Source: Eledone cirrhosa (lineage: Eukaryota). Taken from it: 64,000 bases of DNA. Both the position numbers and the translations under genes were made by a program. Shown here piece after piece: positions 1 to 12,895 of the stretch (the stretch's first letter is position 1; each line of letters begins with the position of its first letter). The stretch covers positions 278,690,001 through 278,754,000 of the forward strand of contig OZ024743.1 in NCBI GenBank assembly GCA_964016885.1. The letters run 5' to 3'. Below the pieces are notes generated by a model. It was not told the origin of the DNA, ran no database searches, and worked only from the letters and a program-made list of their open reading frames with translations.

Positions 1-399
1 ATTTTTTTCTTTGTTGTTGTTATAGATAAATAGTTACATAGGCAGAAGAAATTCATCGAAATGTTTTTATATATGTTTAATCATGATTAAAGTAAATGTG
101 GAAGGAAATGATTGTCATTGATCTAATTGAATATATAATGAAACAAGGCGATTTTCGGAGTGACAAGAAAGAGAAATCAATGAAAATCAAGAAGTGGAGT
201 ATCATCACATAGACTGCGCCACACTCAGCACCAGGCATGACCCTGATAGTGCAAACATCCTGAAAGTTTTGTTTACGACAAATGACCTAATCGGGAATGC
301 GCCCATGTTCGGATTCGGGTGAATCCAAGTAGCCACATAAGCGTCCCTCTGGGTGAAAAAGGGAGTTGCAAATGGCCAGTTCAAATTCAGTAAAAAGTT

Positions 400-849
400 G
401 AAGAAGGTGCCGTACATCACTATTCCTGTTTCAAAGACCATACTTCTCTGATCCTCCTCGACCACAAGTTTGATAACAAAGGAAATGGGTCGATATAATA
501 TTGACATAGCTGCATTCTCTGAGTGTGGGTTACACCTGGGCTTGTAAACCTGAGGGAGAGAAATATGATTGAGGCGTAGGTTTTGCAATTCGAACTGAAC
601 TAACCAGCCATCTACAGCAACAGTATGTTGTTAGTGACAGAATCATGGTCCTCAGAATTTCCTTTCCGCCGAGCCGTTCTTTGTCTATATTTTTTGTTTA
701 TGCTCCAACTCTCCTCTGTGGCGAGGAATCTATAATGACATTCTATCAAAGCCTTTAATCTGCCATTGCCAAAGTTTCAAAATCAGACAAGATTCTTTTC
801 CTTGCTTGACGTTAACGCCAGCGTTGGTAGGGAACACGAGACTTGGGAA
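400..849 (+). pseudogene. RTE-clade LINE APE endonuclease fragment
   Basis: Manual translation across frameshifts gives EMGRYNIDIAAFSE, GVGFAIR, VSDRIMVLRI, VYAPT, FYQSL, DKILFL and DVNASVG. These motifs are typical of RTE endonucleases. Confidence 0.8.
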
Positions 850-931
850 GTATTTATATATACATATAAATGCATACATATATCCATGCATACACATATA
901 CGTTTCTAGCTTCTCGATCTGTATATATGTT

Positions 932-1008
<77 letters not shown>

Positions 1009-1302
1009 TTATGCGTATGTCTGTGGGGTGGGTGGGGTGGGTGGGGTGGGGGTACGTGCTTGTGTGGTGTTATATGTTTTTAAAAGCTTCTCTCTGTGAA
1101 TGTCCACATATTCCATCTTTGTATCGTCTACTTATTTGCTGCCACCACAGTGTATAGATCTCTATTTCTTCCAATCTCCCTACTTACTCTTCTTTCAATT
1201 TCCTACATCTTATCCTCTTGCAGTAGCTCCACTTCTTCCGTTTTAACAGAGCATCTAACATTACTATCATTGCTTCTTAAAATAGCACCCCAATCCTGAT
1301 CG

Positions 1303-1342
<40 letters not shown>

Positions 1343-1762
1343 TTTTAACGATGCTCAAACCAGAGTCAACACCCTTCTTTAAATGTTCACCGGTTTGCAA
1401 TACTTTGGACCATATCCGTGGTCTCATGAGAAATCTTTCTTTATTTCTCAAAAGCATTGGAAAAAAGTGTAAGTTCTCTTTCTTTGTTCATTTACGACAT
1501 AGAAACGTAGGATAGAGATAGTAGGGATGAAAATGATGGCGGAGATTTGGGGGATTCGAAACGGAAGTGGTGAGTAGAAACTGGTTCGAGAGTAAAACAC
1601 ATTTTATAGCATGTAAAGATTTAAAAAATATTTGGAGGTAAGTTTCACAAATTTGTAACTACCAGGACTTCTATAATTGTCTCAGAAATTGGAAGCTCGT
1701 AATAGTAAATAAATTAGCATGTGATATGTGCATGCTTGTATGTTTATGGCTGTGTATATGCC

Positions 1763-1942
1763 GGGTGGATTGGCAGTATCGGTAGAGGGTCGGACGCCAT
1801 GCTTTGCAGCAAAGAGTTACGGCCTTTTGCGCTCTGAGTTCAAATCCTGCCGAGGTTAACTTTGCCTTTCATCCATACGGAGTCGATAAAATAAAGTACC
1901 TGGGATAATTGCTGGCCTTGTGCCAAAAGTAGAAACAATTAT
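1763..1942 (+). mobile_element. OK-like tRNA-derived octopus SINE
   Basis: A-box-like TGGCAGTATCGG, B-box GAGTTCAAATCC, body gccgaggttaactttgcctttcatcc and tail ggccttgtgccaaaagtagaaacaattat. Many copies occur in the window. Confidence 0.85.
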
Positions 1943-2085
1943 ATAAATATGTATATGCATAAATATACTATTGGTATGTGTGCATGCATACGTTAAAGTA
2001 TCTTATGTAGTTATATATGAATGGACGCTTTTGTATCATATCCTGATATATTAGTGAATATGGGCTTATATCAATTTTTTCTTCA

Positions 2086-2086
<1 letters not shown>

Positions 2087-2165
<79 letters not shown>

Positions 2166-2189
2166 GGTCTGTCTATCTATCGACCAATC

Positions 2190-2265
<76 letters not shown>
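2087..2265. repeat. (TCTA)n + (TC)n microsatellite immediately 5' of the Tx1 element
   Basis: Directly visible. Confidence 0.95.
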
Positions 2266-2267
<2 letters not shown>

Positions 2268-2475
2268 CCAGACGTGTGTAACTTCGCGGAGAAGTTTCCG
2301 TTAATTTATGTAAGAAAAAAACGTGAGTTTTCTGTTAAATTTTATATTATTGTGTAACTTGATCCTTCAGGAGGTAGGTCAACTCATTTTCGCCCCTACA
2401 GGGGCGAAATATTCGTTTGAAAAATTTTTTCTCCATCGAATTTTGTAAAAAATATCGTAAGAAGTTTGATTACGT

Positions 2476-4410
2476 TATGAACGCTGCGTTCGACGATAAT
2501 GGTGGTGGAGAGTCGGTAAGACTACATAGCTCGCAGTCAACAGAGTCTTCTTCCCTTTCCTTCTCGATAGATACTGAGATGGAAAGACGACATGAAATTG
2601 TAAAAACAAATTCATATCCAAACAACACAAATGACACCAAACAGTACAATGCCAACAAAAATAACAACAACACCAATAATGATGATAAAAATAACAATGA
2701 CAACAACAACAAAGAAAAAGTAAAGACAACACCAATAATACCAGCATCAAAGACAACAACAAAACCAACACCAAGGAAAATACGAATAATATCAACATCA
2801 GTGACAACAAGAATAACAACAACAATAACAACAATAATGACAACACCACCAACACGGATAATTCCACAAAGAAACCGAAAAACTCATTTGCACAGACAGT
2901 TCAGAAAAAGGAGGAACTGACATATGTCGACATAACAAATTTCGAACAACTTTTAAAGGACGCTAGGAGATATGTCACTTTCGAAAAGGATGGTGCTTTC
3001 AGCATCAATTCTCCGGTAGAAATTCGCAAGGAAACTGCTCTCAAATCGATAGTTTTTAGGACAGTTTCCAATTCTACCCGAAAACCAGTCAAATTCTCAC
3101 AGAAAGAAATTGAACTAGTTTTCAAAAATTCAATGAATGATATTTCATTCATTCAAAGAAGCAAACTCTTTGGGAGTATTTCGCTACTCATGAAGGATCA
3201 ATTGACGGCCCAAAATTACTCTGTGTCGCCAATTGTATCCAACCTGTATAAATTTTTCCCTACATACATGGAAAAAAGGACACAAAAGATTAGAATCACG
3301 GGTGTCACACCAAAGGTAAACATATGGTGGATACTGTGCGGCTTCATCAATTTTGATGAAGACAGAATACTGTCAGTAGGAAAGACCCCTCAGAGATGTA
3401 TTCAATGGGATTGCGTTGAAGTTCTGGTGCAAATGAGCCCAGAGCGAATAGCTATGATCCCACAACGTGTACTCCTGGACAGACTCACCTACATAAACTT
3501 TTCAGTTGAGGGTAGGCGGCCTTCATGTTACCACTTCTTTAGCAGGGGTCACCTGAGGGCTTCCTTTCCTAAATTAATGATTAAAAAAAAGACTCTTCTG
3601 CCGACACCCATCAAAATAACACAACCACCAACACCACCACAACAACAACAACACTAACACACAAAAATAACCACAACAAACACAGTCCCACCCAACCTCA
3701 CTTCACCTAAAACCACTGCAAAATCACATACAGACCAACAGCTCCCCAAGACATACCCCTCCCCAATCACACAGACGATACAACAGATGAGGCTATCTCG
3801 CCATCACCCAGTGAAGACGAGGGAGAACCCCATCGCTCGAAAAGAAAGAAAAGATATTTCAAAAGCACAAAAACCAGCAAACACTACCACAAACATACAA
3901 CCACCAACACAAACAACAAAAACATCATAAACAAAAGCCCCACCTCCTGAAAACAAAATACCTACAACAAAACGAAAGCACACGCAAGAACTACAGACAA
4001 AAACAAACACAACACAAGAAAATTACACTTACACTTACATAAACACAGAAAACAAAACACTAATGGAGACCATCACGAACAACCCTTCGGTGAAAACCGA
4101 AGGGAAAACTTTCGCTCACTCTATTAAAAATAACAACAAACTGAACCTAAAACTGATTAGGGTCCCTATACAAACTTATAGGTCCCTAAAAGAAACATTT
4201 GAAAAGGATGTGGGGAATTCCTGCGTGAAACCACTTAACCGCGTCCTTCTCAAATGTCTCCCCACCCCAGACACCCCCATCCCACCAGACCCCACGCCAC
4301 CAAACTTCTCCGTCCCCACCCCACCGGAAACCACCATCCACCCAGACAACCCCCCCAACACCCCCATGCAAATCGTGCAGCCTGGTCCCCAGGAGACGAA
4401 GGGTGAGTGA
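2476..4410 (+). pseudogene. Tx1-type ORF1 (gag-like), frameshifted
   Basis: ORF pieces 2417-2920, 3133-3657 and 4063-4410. Degenerate CCHC knuckle RRPSCYHFFSRGHLRASFP, and T/P/K-rich C-terminal region. Confidence 0.7.
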
Positions 4411-4443
4411 TTTCTTTTCCTCTTTTAACTTTTCAGCACCAAC

Positions 4444-7400
4444 ATGGCCAATATAAGAGTTGGATGTGTGGACCTACGCGGCCTGGGGATGCATCTACGC
4501 ATCTCTCTGTCGGCCGGGGGGTGGGGGCGGGGTTGACTTTTTGCTGCGAAAAAACCTGGGCCTCGTAACACAGACGGTAAATCTGGACCCGGAAGATCGA
4601 CTGGTAGTCCTAGACGTTTACGGTAGTAAAAGTAGGGCCTTCAGGCTGGTGGCCGCATATGCCCCATCCGGAACACCGCGGCCAGACTTCTTCAAACGTC
4701 TAGAGCCTTTTCTGGGAACGTCCCGCTCCTTGCTTTTAGTGGGGGACTGGAATGGAATCCTAGATGCACGTTGGGACTATGTGGGAGCATGTCCCGATAA
4801 AGGGGGGTGTAACAGCCTCAAACAGTTAATCGACCGATTTGACCTGGCCGATAGATATCGACTAGATTTTTCGACTGTGCCACTGTGGACGTGGACTAAT
4901 CTCAGCGGAACATCTAGATCGTACCTAGATAGGATTCTAGTTAGAAATAAGGATAGGGACATATTAAACTGTCAACAAATGTTCATGGTTGCCTATTCAG
5001 ATAACAAACTAGTGACCTGCATGGCCAACCTTGATAGAATCCATAGACAAGGACCCGGCTACTGGAAGCTGAACTTGTCGTTACCGACATGCAAAGCCTA
5101 CAGTAGAAGGATTAGCACTTTTGTTAAACAGCACTTGAGAGGGGCCATTGTCAACAACAGATGATGGTACTCTCTCCAGAGGGCAGTTAGATTAGACTCG
5201 TTAGTTTTTAGTAAAGAATTAGCGTTAGATAGAAATAGAACCGAGAAGGAACTGGTAGATAAAGTAGAAGAGGCAATTAGAAGTGGCAACGTAGCCAGCG
5301 TGCTAGCAACGTGAACGGCCTTGGACCAGTTCTTCGACGCAAACCACGAGGGCTGCATTGTCAGGAGTAAAATACGTGCTCTGGGAAACGAGGGAACCAA
5401 AGCTGTTAGCTGGGCCCGAATGACGGAGGCAAAAAGTGGCAACAAGTCCACGATTCGGTCTTTCAAGGACCAAAACGGACGCGTGATACGTGAGCCGAAG
5501 CAGATGTGTGCGGCCTTTCAGCGGCACTTTTCTCAACTGTTCGGGCAGGGCGGTGCGCCGGGAAGGTCTATGGATTTCGGTCCATACCTCGACGGCCTAT
5601 CGCGACTCTCGGAGAACGAGACAAAGTTCTGCGAAAAGCCGATTTCAGCCGCTGAGATAGGGGACGCTCTGAGCCAATGCGGCAAACGCAAATCTCCAGG
5701 TCTCGACACCGTACCCTACAAATTTTACGTAGCATTGCCGGACTTATTCTCCGGTCTCCTGGAAGCGGTCTACTGCAACTGGCAACATAACGGGAGAAAT
5801 CCCAGTTCTGTGACCGGGGCCGTAGTCACACTAGTCGGGAAGGACGAGAATAAGGGGGATTACATAGGCAACTTCGGGCCCATAACTCTGCTAAACACAG
5901 TGTTACAGATTTTGACCAAGGTTTTGGCAAATAGGCTGGCGCTTGTCGCCGAGAAACTGGATTGAGAAGCTCAGACATGCGCAATCCCGACCAGGTCCAT
6001 ACACGACAACTTCCACCTCATGCGATATATCATAGACAGGGTGGGGTGTAAACCCGGCTTCGGTAGGGCCCTGATCAACTTGGATCAGTCTAAGGCTTTC
6101 GATAGAGTTGACCATCGTTACCTGGATGCGGTGCTCGAAGCGGCAGGCTTCGGACTCGTGTTCAGGGGCTGGATTGCTGCAATGCACAACAGCAACATCT
6201 GCTCAAGGGTCAAGGTGAACGGCTACCTCTCGGAGCCGTTCCATATCACGCGATCCATTCGACAGGGATGCCCTCTCTCCTCCCTTATGTACGTACTGAC
6301 TCTCGAGCCACTACTGTGGAAGTTGGAGCTATAGCAGGGCATCCATCTGGAACCGGGACTGCGGAAAGCTGCGTCGGCCTAAGCCGACCACGTGACAGTA
6401 AAGGTGTCGAGCGCCTCGCAAATTGAGGAAGTCGGCATCTTAGTGAAGGAATACGAAAGTTTCACAGGTGCGAAGCTGAACCGGGAAAAGTCCATCGGTT
6501 TGCAACTCGGATCGTGGAGAGGCAAACCGATGCCTTCCGATGGCGTCGTCGGACGTTTGACGGAAGGACCGGTAAAGTTGCTCGTGGTATAGTTTGGTCT
6601 GGACCTCCAGGTGGAGAAGAACTGGAACGAGGTGACGGACAAGGTGTTTGCATTCACCCAGAAGTGGGCCGAGTGCAAACCATCCTTGAAAGGTCGAGCG
6701 GAGGTGGCGAACAGTTTTATAGCGTCCGCCATCTACTACCGCTTGAACGTCGTGCCTTGTCCAGCCAAAACGCTCACCAAAATGGAGCGCACGCTCTTCC
6801 AATTCCTTTGGAAGAGGCGGGCTCCTTTGGTGAGAAGATCCATCTGCTGCCAACACCCTTCCAACGGAGGGCTGGGGATGCCGTGGTTGACGATGCGCAA
6901 ACACGCGCTCAGGTTGCGGCATCTCTACGTATGCATCACCGGACAACCGGTGTGGGTCCCGTTCGTGAGGCGAGCCTTCCCACGTCTCGTATCGCTGACC
7001 GAGCTGCAGTCGTGGGTCAAGCAAAGACCGAGGAAAACGGGCGACTGGCACATCGAATGTGCTCAGACGCTCACAGCCCTCTGGCAGGCGGACCCGACGA
7101 TCAGTGGAACCTCCACTTTGTCATTCTATAGAGGGTTATTCTGCAGCAAGTGGGACGACGCGCTCGGAGAAACTATAGGCGTAGAGGAAGATGAACTGGC
7201 CAGTATGTTCGGTAGGACCTTCCGCCCGGGACCGATGGACAACTTCCAAAAGTCCCTGGCCTAGCAGTGCTATCGAGGAGCTCTACCAGTTCGAGACAAG
7301 CTCCACAGACATGGGCGCCCGGGTAGGGACCCTGCAAAAAAGATCTGTCCGAGGTGCGTGCGAGACGAAGAAACCGTCGCGCACGCATTCATACGCTGCC

Positions 7401-7762
7401 CGGGCTTCACCGACCTGTGGGGCTATGTAGAACAACTATTGTCGCGAGTGGGACCAATCCGGTTGGCCACCGAGTCCATTGTCATGATCAAACCGCCACC
7501 CTCCTTCAAAAACGAAGGAGAGGCGGTTTTCCTTTGTGTGATAGCTATGGCGAAAGAGGTTGTATGGTGGACAAGGTTGAAAGGGCTGAGGTCAGACACC
7601 TTTCTCTCCGGCCAACAACTGATTCTTTTTTTCAAATACCACTTTGGAAGAAGAATCAGGATGGAGAGGGCGGTGCTGTACCCCAGCAAGTTTTATGAAA
7701 GGTGGGTGAAACTGGCGAGAATGGCCCGAGTGAATGGGCCTTCTCTCTATATCAGACTGTAG
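4444..7762 (+). pseudogene. Tx1-type ORF2: APE endonuclease + reverse transcriptase + Cys/His C-terminal domain
   Basis: Starts MANIRVGCV. Motifs GGVDFL, YAP, GDWN, SYLDRI, GPGYWKLN, KSPGLD, LDQSKAFDRVDH, RQGCPLS, (Y>*)ADH, GGLGMP and CPRC..EETVAHAF..CP. Several stops and frameshifts. Confidence 0.93.
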
Positions 7763-8010
7763 GTTGAGGAAAGGGAGGAGGAGAGGAAAGGAGTACAAAC
7801 TCTTCGTACTCCTGGAGATGAGGGTTGCACATATTTTCGGGGGTATGTGTTACCCATATAAACTGTCTCCCCCTATTGGGGAAAATCGACTAATTTTTTA
7901 AATTGCATTTGTGATAACATTTTACACGTTTTTATTGTATGTAAACTTCCCTCTTTGTATTTTTCCCCTTCTTTGGTGCCCCTGTGGCTAAATAAGAAAC
8001 ATATCTATCT

Positions 8011-9000
8011 CTGGTTCAAGCAAAGACCGAGGAAAATGGGCGACTGGCACATCGAATGTGCTCAGGCGCTCACAGTCCTCTGGCAAACGTACCCGGCGAT
8101 CAGTGGAGACTCCACTTCGTCATTCTATAGAGGGTTGGTCCGCAGCAAGTGCGACGACGCGCTCGGAGAAACTCTGGGCGTAGAGGACGAACTGGCCAGT
8201 CTGTTCGGTAGGACCTTCCGCCCGGGACAAATGGACAACTTCCAAAAGTCCCTGGCCTGGCAGTACTACTGAGGAGCTCTACTAGTTCGAGACAAGCTCT
8301 ACAGACATGGGCGCCCAGGCAGGGACCTTTCGAAAAAGATCTGTCCGAGATGCGTGCGCGACGAGGAAACCGTCGCGCACGCATTTGTACACTGCCCTGG
8401 CGTTACCGACCTATGGGGCTATGTAGACCGACTTTTGTCGCGGGTGGGACCAATCCAGTTGACCACCGAGTCCATTGTCATGATCAAACCGCCACCCTCC
8501 TTCAAAAACGAGGGAGAGGCGGTTTTCTTATGTGTTATGGCTATGGTGAAAGAGGTTATATGGTGGACGAGGTTAAAAGGGCTGAGGTCAGACACATTTA
8601 TCTCCGGCGTACAACTGATTCGTTTTTTCAAATATCATTTTGTAAGAAGAATCAGGATGGGGAGAGTGGTGCTGTACCCCAGCAAATTTTATTAAAGGTG
8701 GGTGAATGTGACAAAGATGGCCCGAGTGGTTGGGCCTTCTCTCTATATAAGCCTGTAGGTTGAGGAAAAAGAGGAAGAGAGGAAGTGAGTACTCACTCTT
8801 GGTGCTCCGGGAGATGAGGGTTGTACATTTTTTCGGGGTGTGTAACACCTCGCCCCTATTGGGGATTTCAATTGTTATTTGTTATTGTATTAATAGTTTT
8901 ATTTTCATATACCTGTATGTAAACTCCCCATTTGTATTTGTCCCCCTCTTTTGTGCCCTTGTGGTTAATAAAGAAATTTATCTATATATCTATCTATATA
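8011..9000 (+). mobile_element. 5'-truncated second copy of the same Tx1 family, in tandem
   Basis: Homologous to about 7012-8000 but clearly diverged. Ends aataaagaaatttatctatatatctatc. Confidence 0.92.
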
Positions 9001-9256
9001 AAGAAGAAATACATATTCATTTTCCTCCGTAGCATTTCGCCTATATATCACTAAGTGTTTATCCCTGAATATTTAGAGTAATTACTCTTTAAATCACATA
9101 GCATTTTCTTTCAAATGAATCAATTAAATGTTGTGCTCATTCTCAATCAAATGCATACACATAACGTAAATAGACACACACACACACACGCCGCAGGCAT
9201 ACATACACAAACACACACACTTAAACATAAATATATATACATATACAAATAAATAA

Positions 9257-9305
<49 letters not shown>

Positions 9306-9370
9306 CACACAGATATATATATATATATATATACATATATATATTAATGTGTTTAAACAGCTCGTAAATG

Positions 9371-9580
9371 TTACTGGAATTCTATAAGTATCCAGCTTCT
9401 ATAACTCTCGGCAGGAGCGAAGTGGTATGTAGTCTAGTGAAAAACGGTACTACCGTCGATTACTCCGCGTTGCTTTTGCCGAGACTAAGTATAAAACGAA
9501 TTCACTACTTTAAAATTGAGAGCCAATGGTCTTCAAAATGATTTAAAATAAACATGCGGTATATTATCAAATATACTATA
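9371..9580 (+). repeat. Dispersed structured repeat (hairpin 9406-9484), homologous to 37353-37570
   Basis: Shared flanks ttactggaattctataag and cactactttaa..atggtcttcaaaatg. Confidence 0.7.
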
Positions 9581-9609
9581 CATACATTAATATATATATA
9601 TATATATAT

Positions 9610-9892
<283 letters not shown>

Positions 9893-10022
9893 CACACATA
9901 TATATATATATATATATTGTTATACTTTGGGAGGGTCATGTTGCCAATAAGATTCAGGTTCACAAATTCAGAAACGAAATATATATATATATTTAACGGT
10001 TAAACAAGGTTCAATGAATAAA

Positions 10023-10257
10023 TCAAAGAATTAGTTTTACAATAGATTGGAAGCTCTCAACAAAAATGGTTTTCCGGAGTTATTAATATTAATTCTAAAT
10101 ATTAACAAAAATAGAACTTCTGTGATCAAGTATATTTTATTATACATATTTCAGAGGTACTGAGCTAACGTCAACAGTACGTCCTCATATGATAAAACAA
10201 GATGATGCAAGACATAACCTGACATAGTAGATGGTTAAGATCCAGTCATGGTAGTCC
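10023..10257 (-). mobile_element. Solo Penelope-like terminal repeat homologous to 20283-20505, with decayed HHR (10134-10198)
   Basis: Aligns by eye with 20283-20505. The HHR core reads CAUAUGA..GAAA UAUGUA UA. Confidence 0.75.
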
Positions 10258-10293
<36 letters not shown>

Positions 10294-10741
10294 GATAACA
10301 AAATATCGTTATAGGTAATCCAGTTAGAGGTTGTGAATTAAAATAACCAATACACACATAAATATATATAACATTATCATATTTATACATTCATATCTCT
10401 CTATATTTTAGCCACTTTCAATAATCTTAATATGTTTAAATTTCATCGCACATCTTTACTTATTCACTTTCATATTTTCATATTTCCGTATTTCATATTT
10501 TGTATCATTTTGTATCATCCTCGATGTAATTTGTTTATTTATTTATTTATTTACATTTATTCATGTATTAACATTTATTCATTATATTGTTGTTGATATC
10601 ATTATTTTCCCTCTATTTTTTTTTCTCCTACGTTATTTCTCCTTTCTCCTTTTCTCTCTTCTGTCTATCCTCCTTTCTCTATATCTTTTTTTCTCTCTAT
10701 TTTCATTTCTCCTTTTTATTTTTATTTTTATTTTTCATTTT

Positions 10742-10773
<32 letters not shown>

Positions 10774-10921
10774 TATTTCTTTCTTTCTTTCTTTCTTTCT
10801 TTATTTCTTTCCTTTATCTATCTCTCTTTCTTTCTTTTTTCTCTCTCTATCTTTATTATTAATATTATTATTGATGTTGTAATTTGAATTTGTAGATTTG
10901 CCGGTTATATATTTTTTATAA

Positions 10922-10998
10922 TAGTCTCTGATGTTCTGATTGAGCTAACATCGTTTTTAAAATTGAGTGGCACTGCCAGAGAAACTATTGTTAGACTG
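10922..10998 (+). ncRNA. Decayed type-I hammerhead motif
   Basis: agtct CTGATGT tctg..caga GAAA ctattg TT agact. Stems I and II pair; A9 and H17 are mutated. Confidence 0.55.
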
Positions 10999-11047
10999 TA
11001 AATAAATTCGTTTTTTTTTGTACTGTTGACCATGTTATTCTTCACTT

Positions 11048-11100
<53 letters not shown>

Positions 11101-11247
11101 TGCTTTGGGAGGGTCATGTTGCCAATAAGAAATACACGCACCAGTTGCTTTCACTTCAATTTATTATAAATTAAATTTATAAATTTAAGAATTTATAAAT
11201 TTCCGGTTGGTTGGTTGGTTCCACAACCAGACGATTGTTCATATATT

Positions 11248-11290
11248 GTCAGAGTTCTTTCGTCACACATTCTGTGACCTCTTCAGTGAC
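11248..11290 (-). ncRNA. Minimal type-I hammerhead ribozyme motif
   Basis: GUCA CUGAAGA G GUCACA gaaug UGUGAC GAAA G aa C UC UGAC. Confidence 0.7.
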
Positions 11291-11796
11291 TGGGGATTCT
11301 TTTCCTTTTTTGTTTTTGTGCCTCTCCTTTGTTCTGTCCTACGCCATCTTGTTTTTGTGTGTGTTGTGTGCTTAGTTTGCGCACGTGTAACATCCGGGTG
11401 TCTGTGTCTGTTTATATTTGTTTATTTATTTGTTTATTTACATGTTACTGGTTGGTTGCTTGTTCTATGTGTGTGTGTGTTTTCATTTGGTCCTTACTTG
11501 TAAGTTGTGATGTTGCTATTCCATTCACGTTTTCTATTTAATTTTGGTTGGAGTTCATTTATGTTTATTGCCTCTGTGATTTGTCTAAACATTGCGTCTT
11601 TTCTGTGTGTAGATTCTATTTTTATTTCCATGTTCTCTAATATACCCTGTAAATAAACAAATAAATAAACAAATATAAACACACACAGACACCCGGATGT
11701 AACATATGCGCAAACTAAGCACACAACACACACAAAAAACAAGATGGCGTAGGACAGAACAAAGGAGAGGCACAAAAACAAAGAAAAGAATCCCCA

Positions 11797-11839
11797 GTCA
11801 CTGAAGAGGTCACAGAATGTGTGACGAAAGAACTTTGAC
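11797..11839 (+). ncRNA. Inverted copy of the same hammerhead, cleavage base mutated to U
   Basis: gtca ctgaaga g gtcaca gaatg tgtgac gaaa gaac TT tgac. Confidence 0.6.
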
Positions 11840-12133
11840 AATATATGAACCAACCAACCAACCGGAAATTTATAAATTCTTAAATTTATAAATTTAATTT
11901 ATAATAAATTGAAGTGAAAGCTACTGGTGCGTGTGTTTCTTATTGGCAACATGACCCTCCCAAAACATAACAATAACGGTTTCAACACACGTTTTCAGAT
12001 AAAGAATCTTGCTAAACAGATTCAGAAACGAAATATATATATAGTAATAATAATAAATTTGAAGACCAAAATCCAAAGAGGGCTCGATAAGGATAAATAT
12101 ATATCAAATATATTAGAACCGTAGAGCAAATAT

Positions 12134-12276
12134 TTATTAAAATAATAGATTAAAGTTTAAGCAAAGAATCGCTGCTTTCACCCTTAACGGGATCTTCTGA
12201 AAGAGTTTCAGAAGATCCCGTTAAGGGCTAAAGCAGCGCGATTGTTTGCTTAAACTTTAATCTGTTATTTTAATAA
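12134..12276. repeat. ~140-bp palindrome with HHR-like remnant
   Basis: Arms are near-perfect reverse complements around gag at about 12205. Each arm reads cagaaga t ccc gttaa ggg t gaaa or a variant of it. Confidence 0.8.
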
Positions 12277-12491
12277 TAATAATAATATAAATCTTTTCCT
12301 GGGTCCTGTATTTTAGTTGCTCTGGTAATCCGGTTGGACTGCCGACTGCTATATCGGATTTGCTAAGCTGTCTGAACGTAATGTTATTACTCTGGGGTCT
12401 TACCTCATCCGAATGCTAAAGCTACAGACTGATTATGCATATACGCTAGCTTGGCCGTATACTAAAGCTTCGTCAATGCTGTACTAAAATT

Positions 12492-12536
<45 letters not shown>

Positions 12537-12553
12537 GTATATATATGTATATA

Positions 12554-12594
<41 letters not shown>

Positions 12595-12611
12595 GTATAT
12601 ATATATATATG

Positions 12612-12642
<31 letters not shown>

Positions 12643-12665
12643 GTATATATGTATATATATATATG

Positions 12666-12735
<70 letters not shown>

Positions 12736-12736
12736 C

Positions 12737-12787
<51 letters not shown>

Positions 12788-12895
12788 TACGTATATATAT
12801 ATATAAAATCAAATATAAATATATATAGATGTGAACTGTTATCCGCGACCCTCTCAGGAATAAGTGGCCGAAGAAGAAGAGACATATATGGAGAA

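Larger units (their letters stand above)
2268..8010 (+). mobile_element. Near full-length decayed Tx1/L1-clade non-LTR retrotransposon
   Basis: 5'UTR, ORF1 remnants, ORF2 with APE, RT and C-terminal zinc motif, and a 3'UTR ending aaataagaaacatatctatctct. Confidence 0.92.
11097..11971 (-). mobile_element. 5'-truncated Penelope-like element with inverted duplicate of its 3' end
   Basis: Arms 11097-11440 and 11648-11971 are reverse complements. The spacer encodes a GIY-YIG C-terminus (RQITEAININELQPKLNRKREW) on the minus strand. Each arm has an HHR. Confidence 0.85.
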
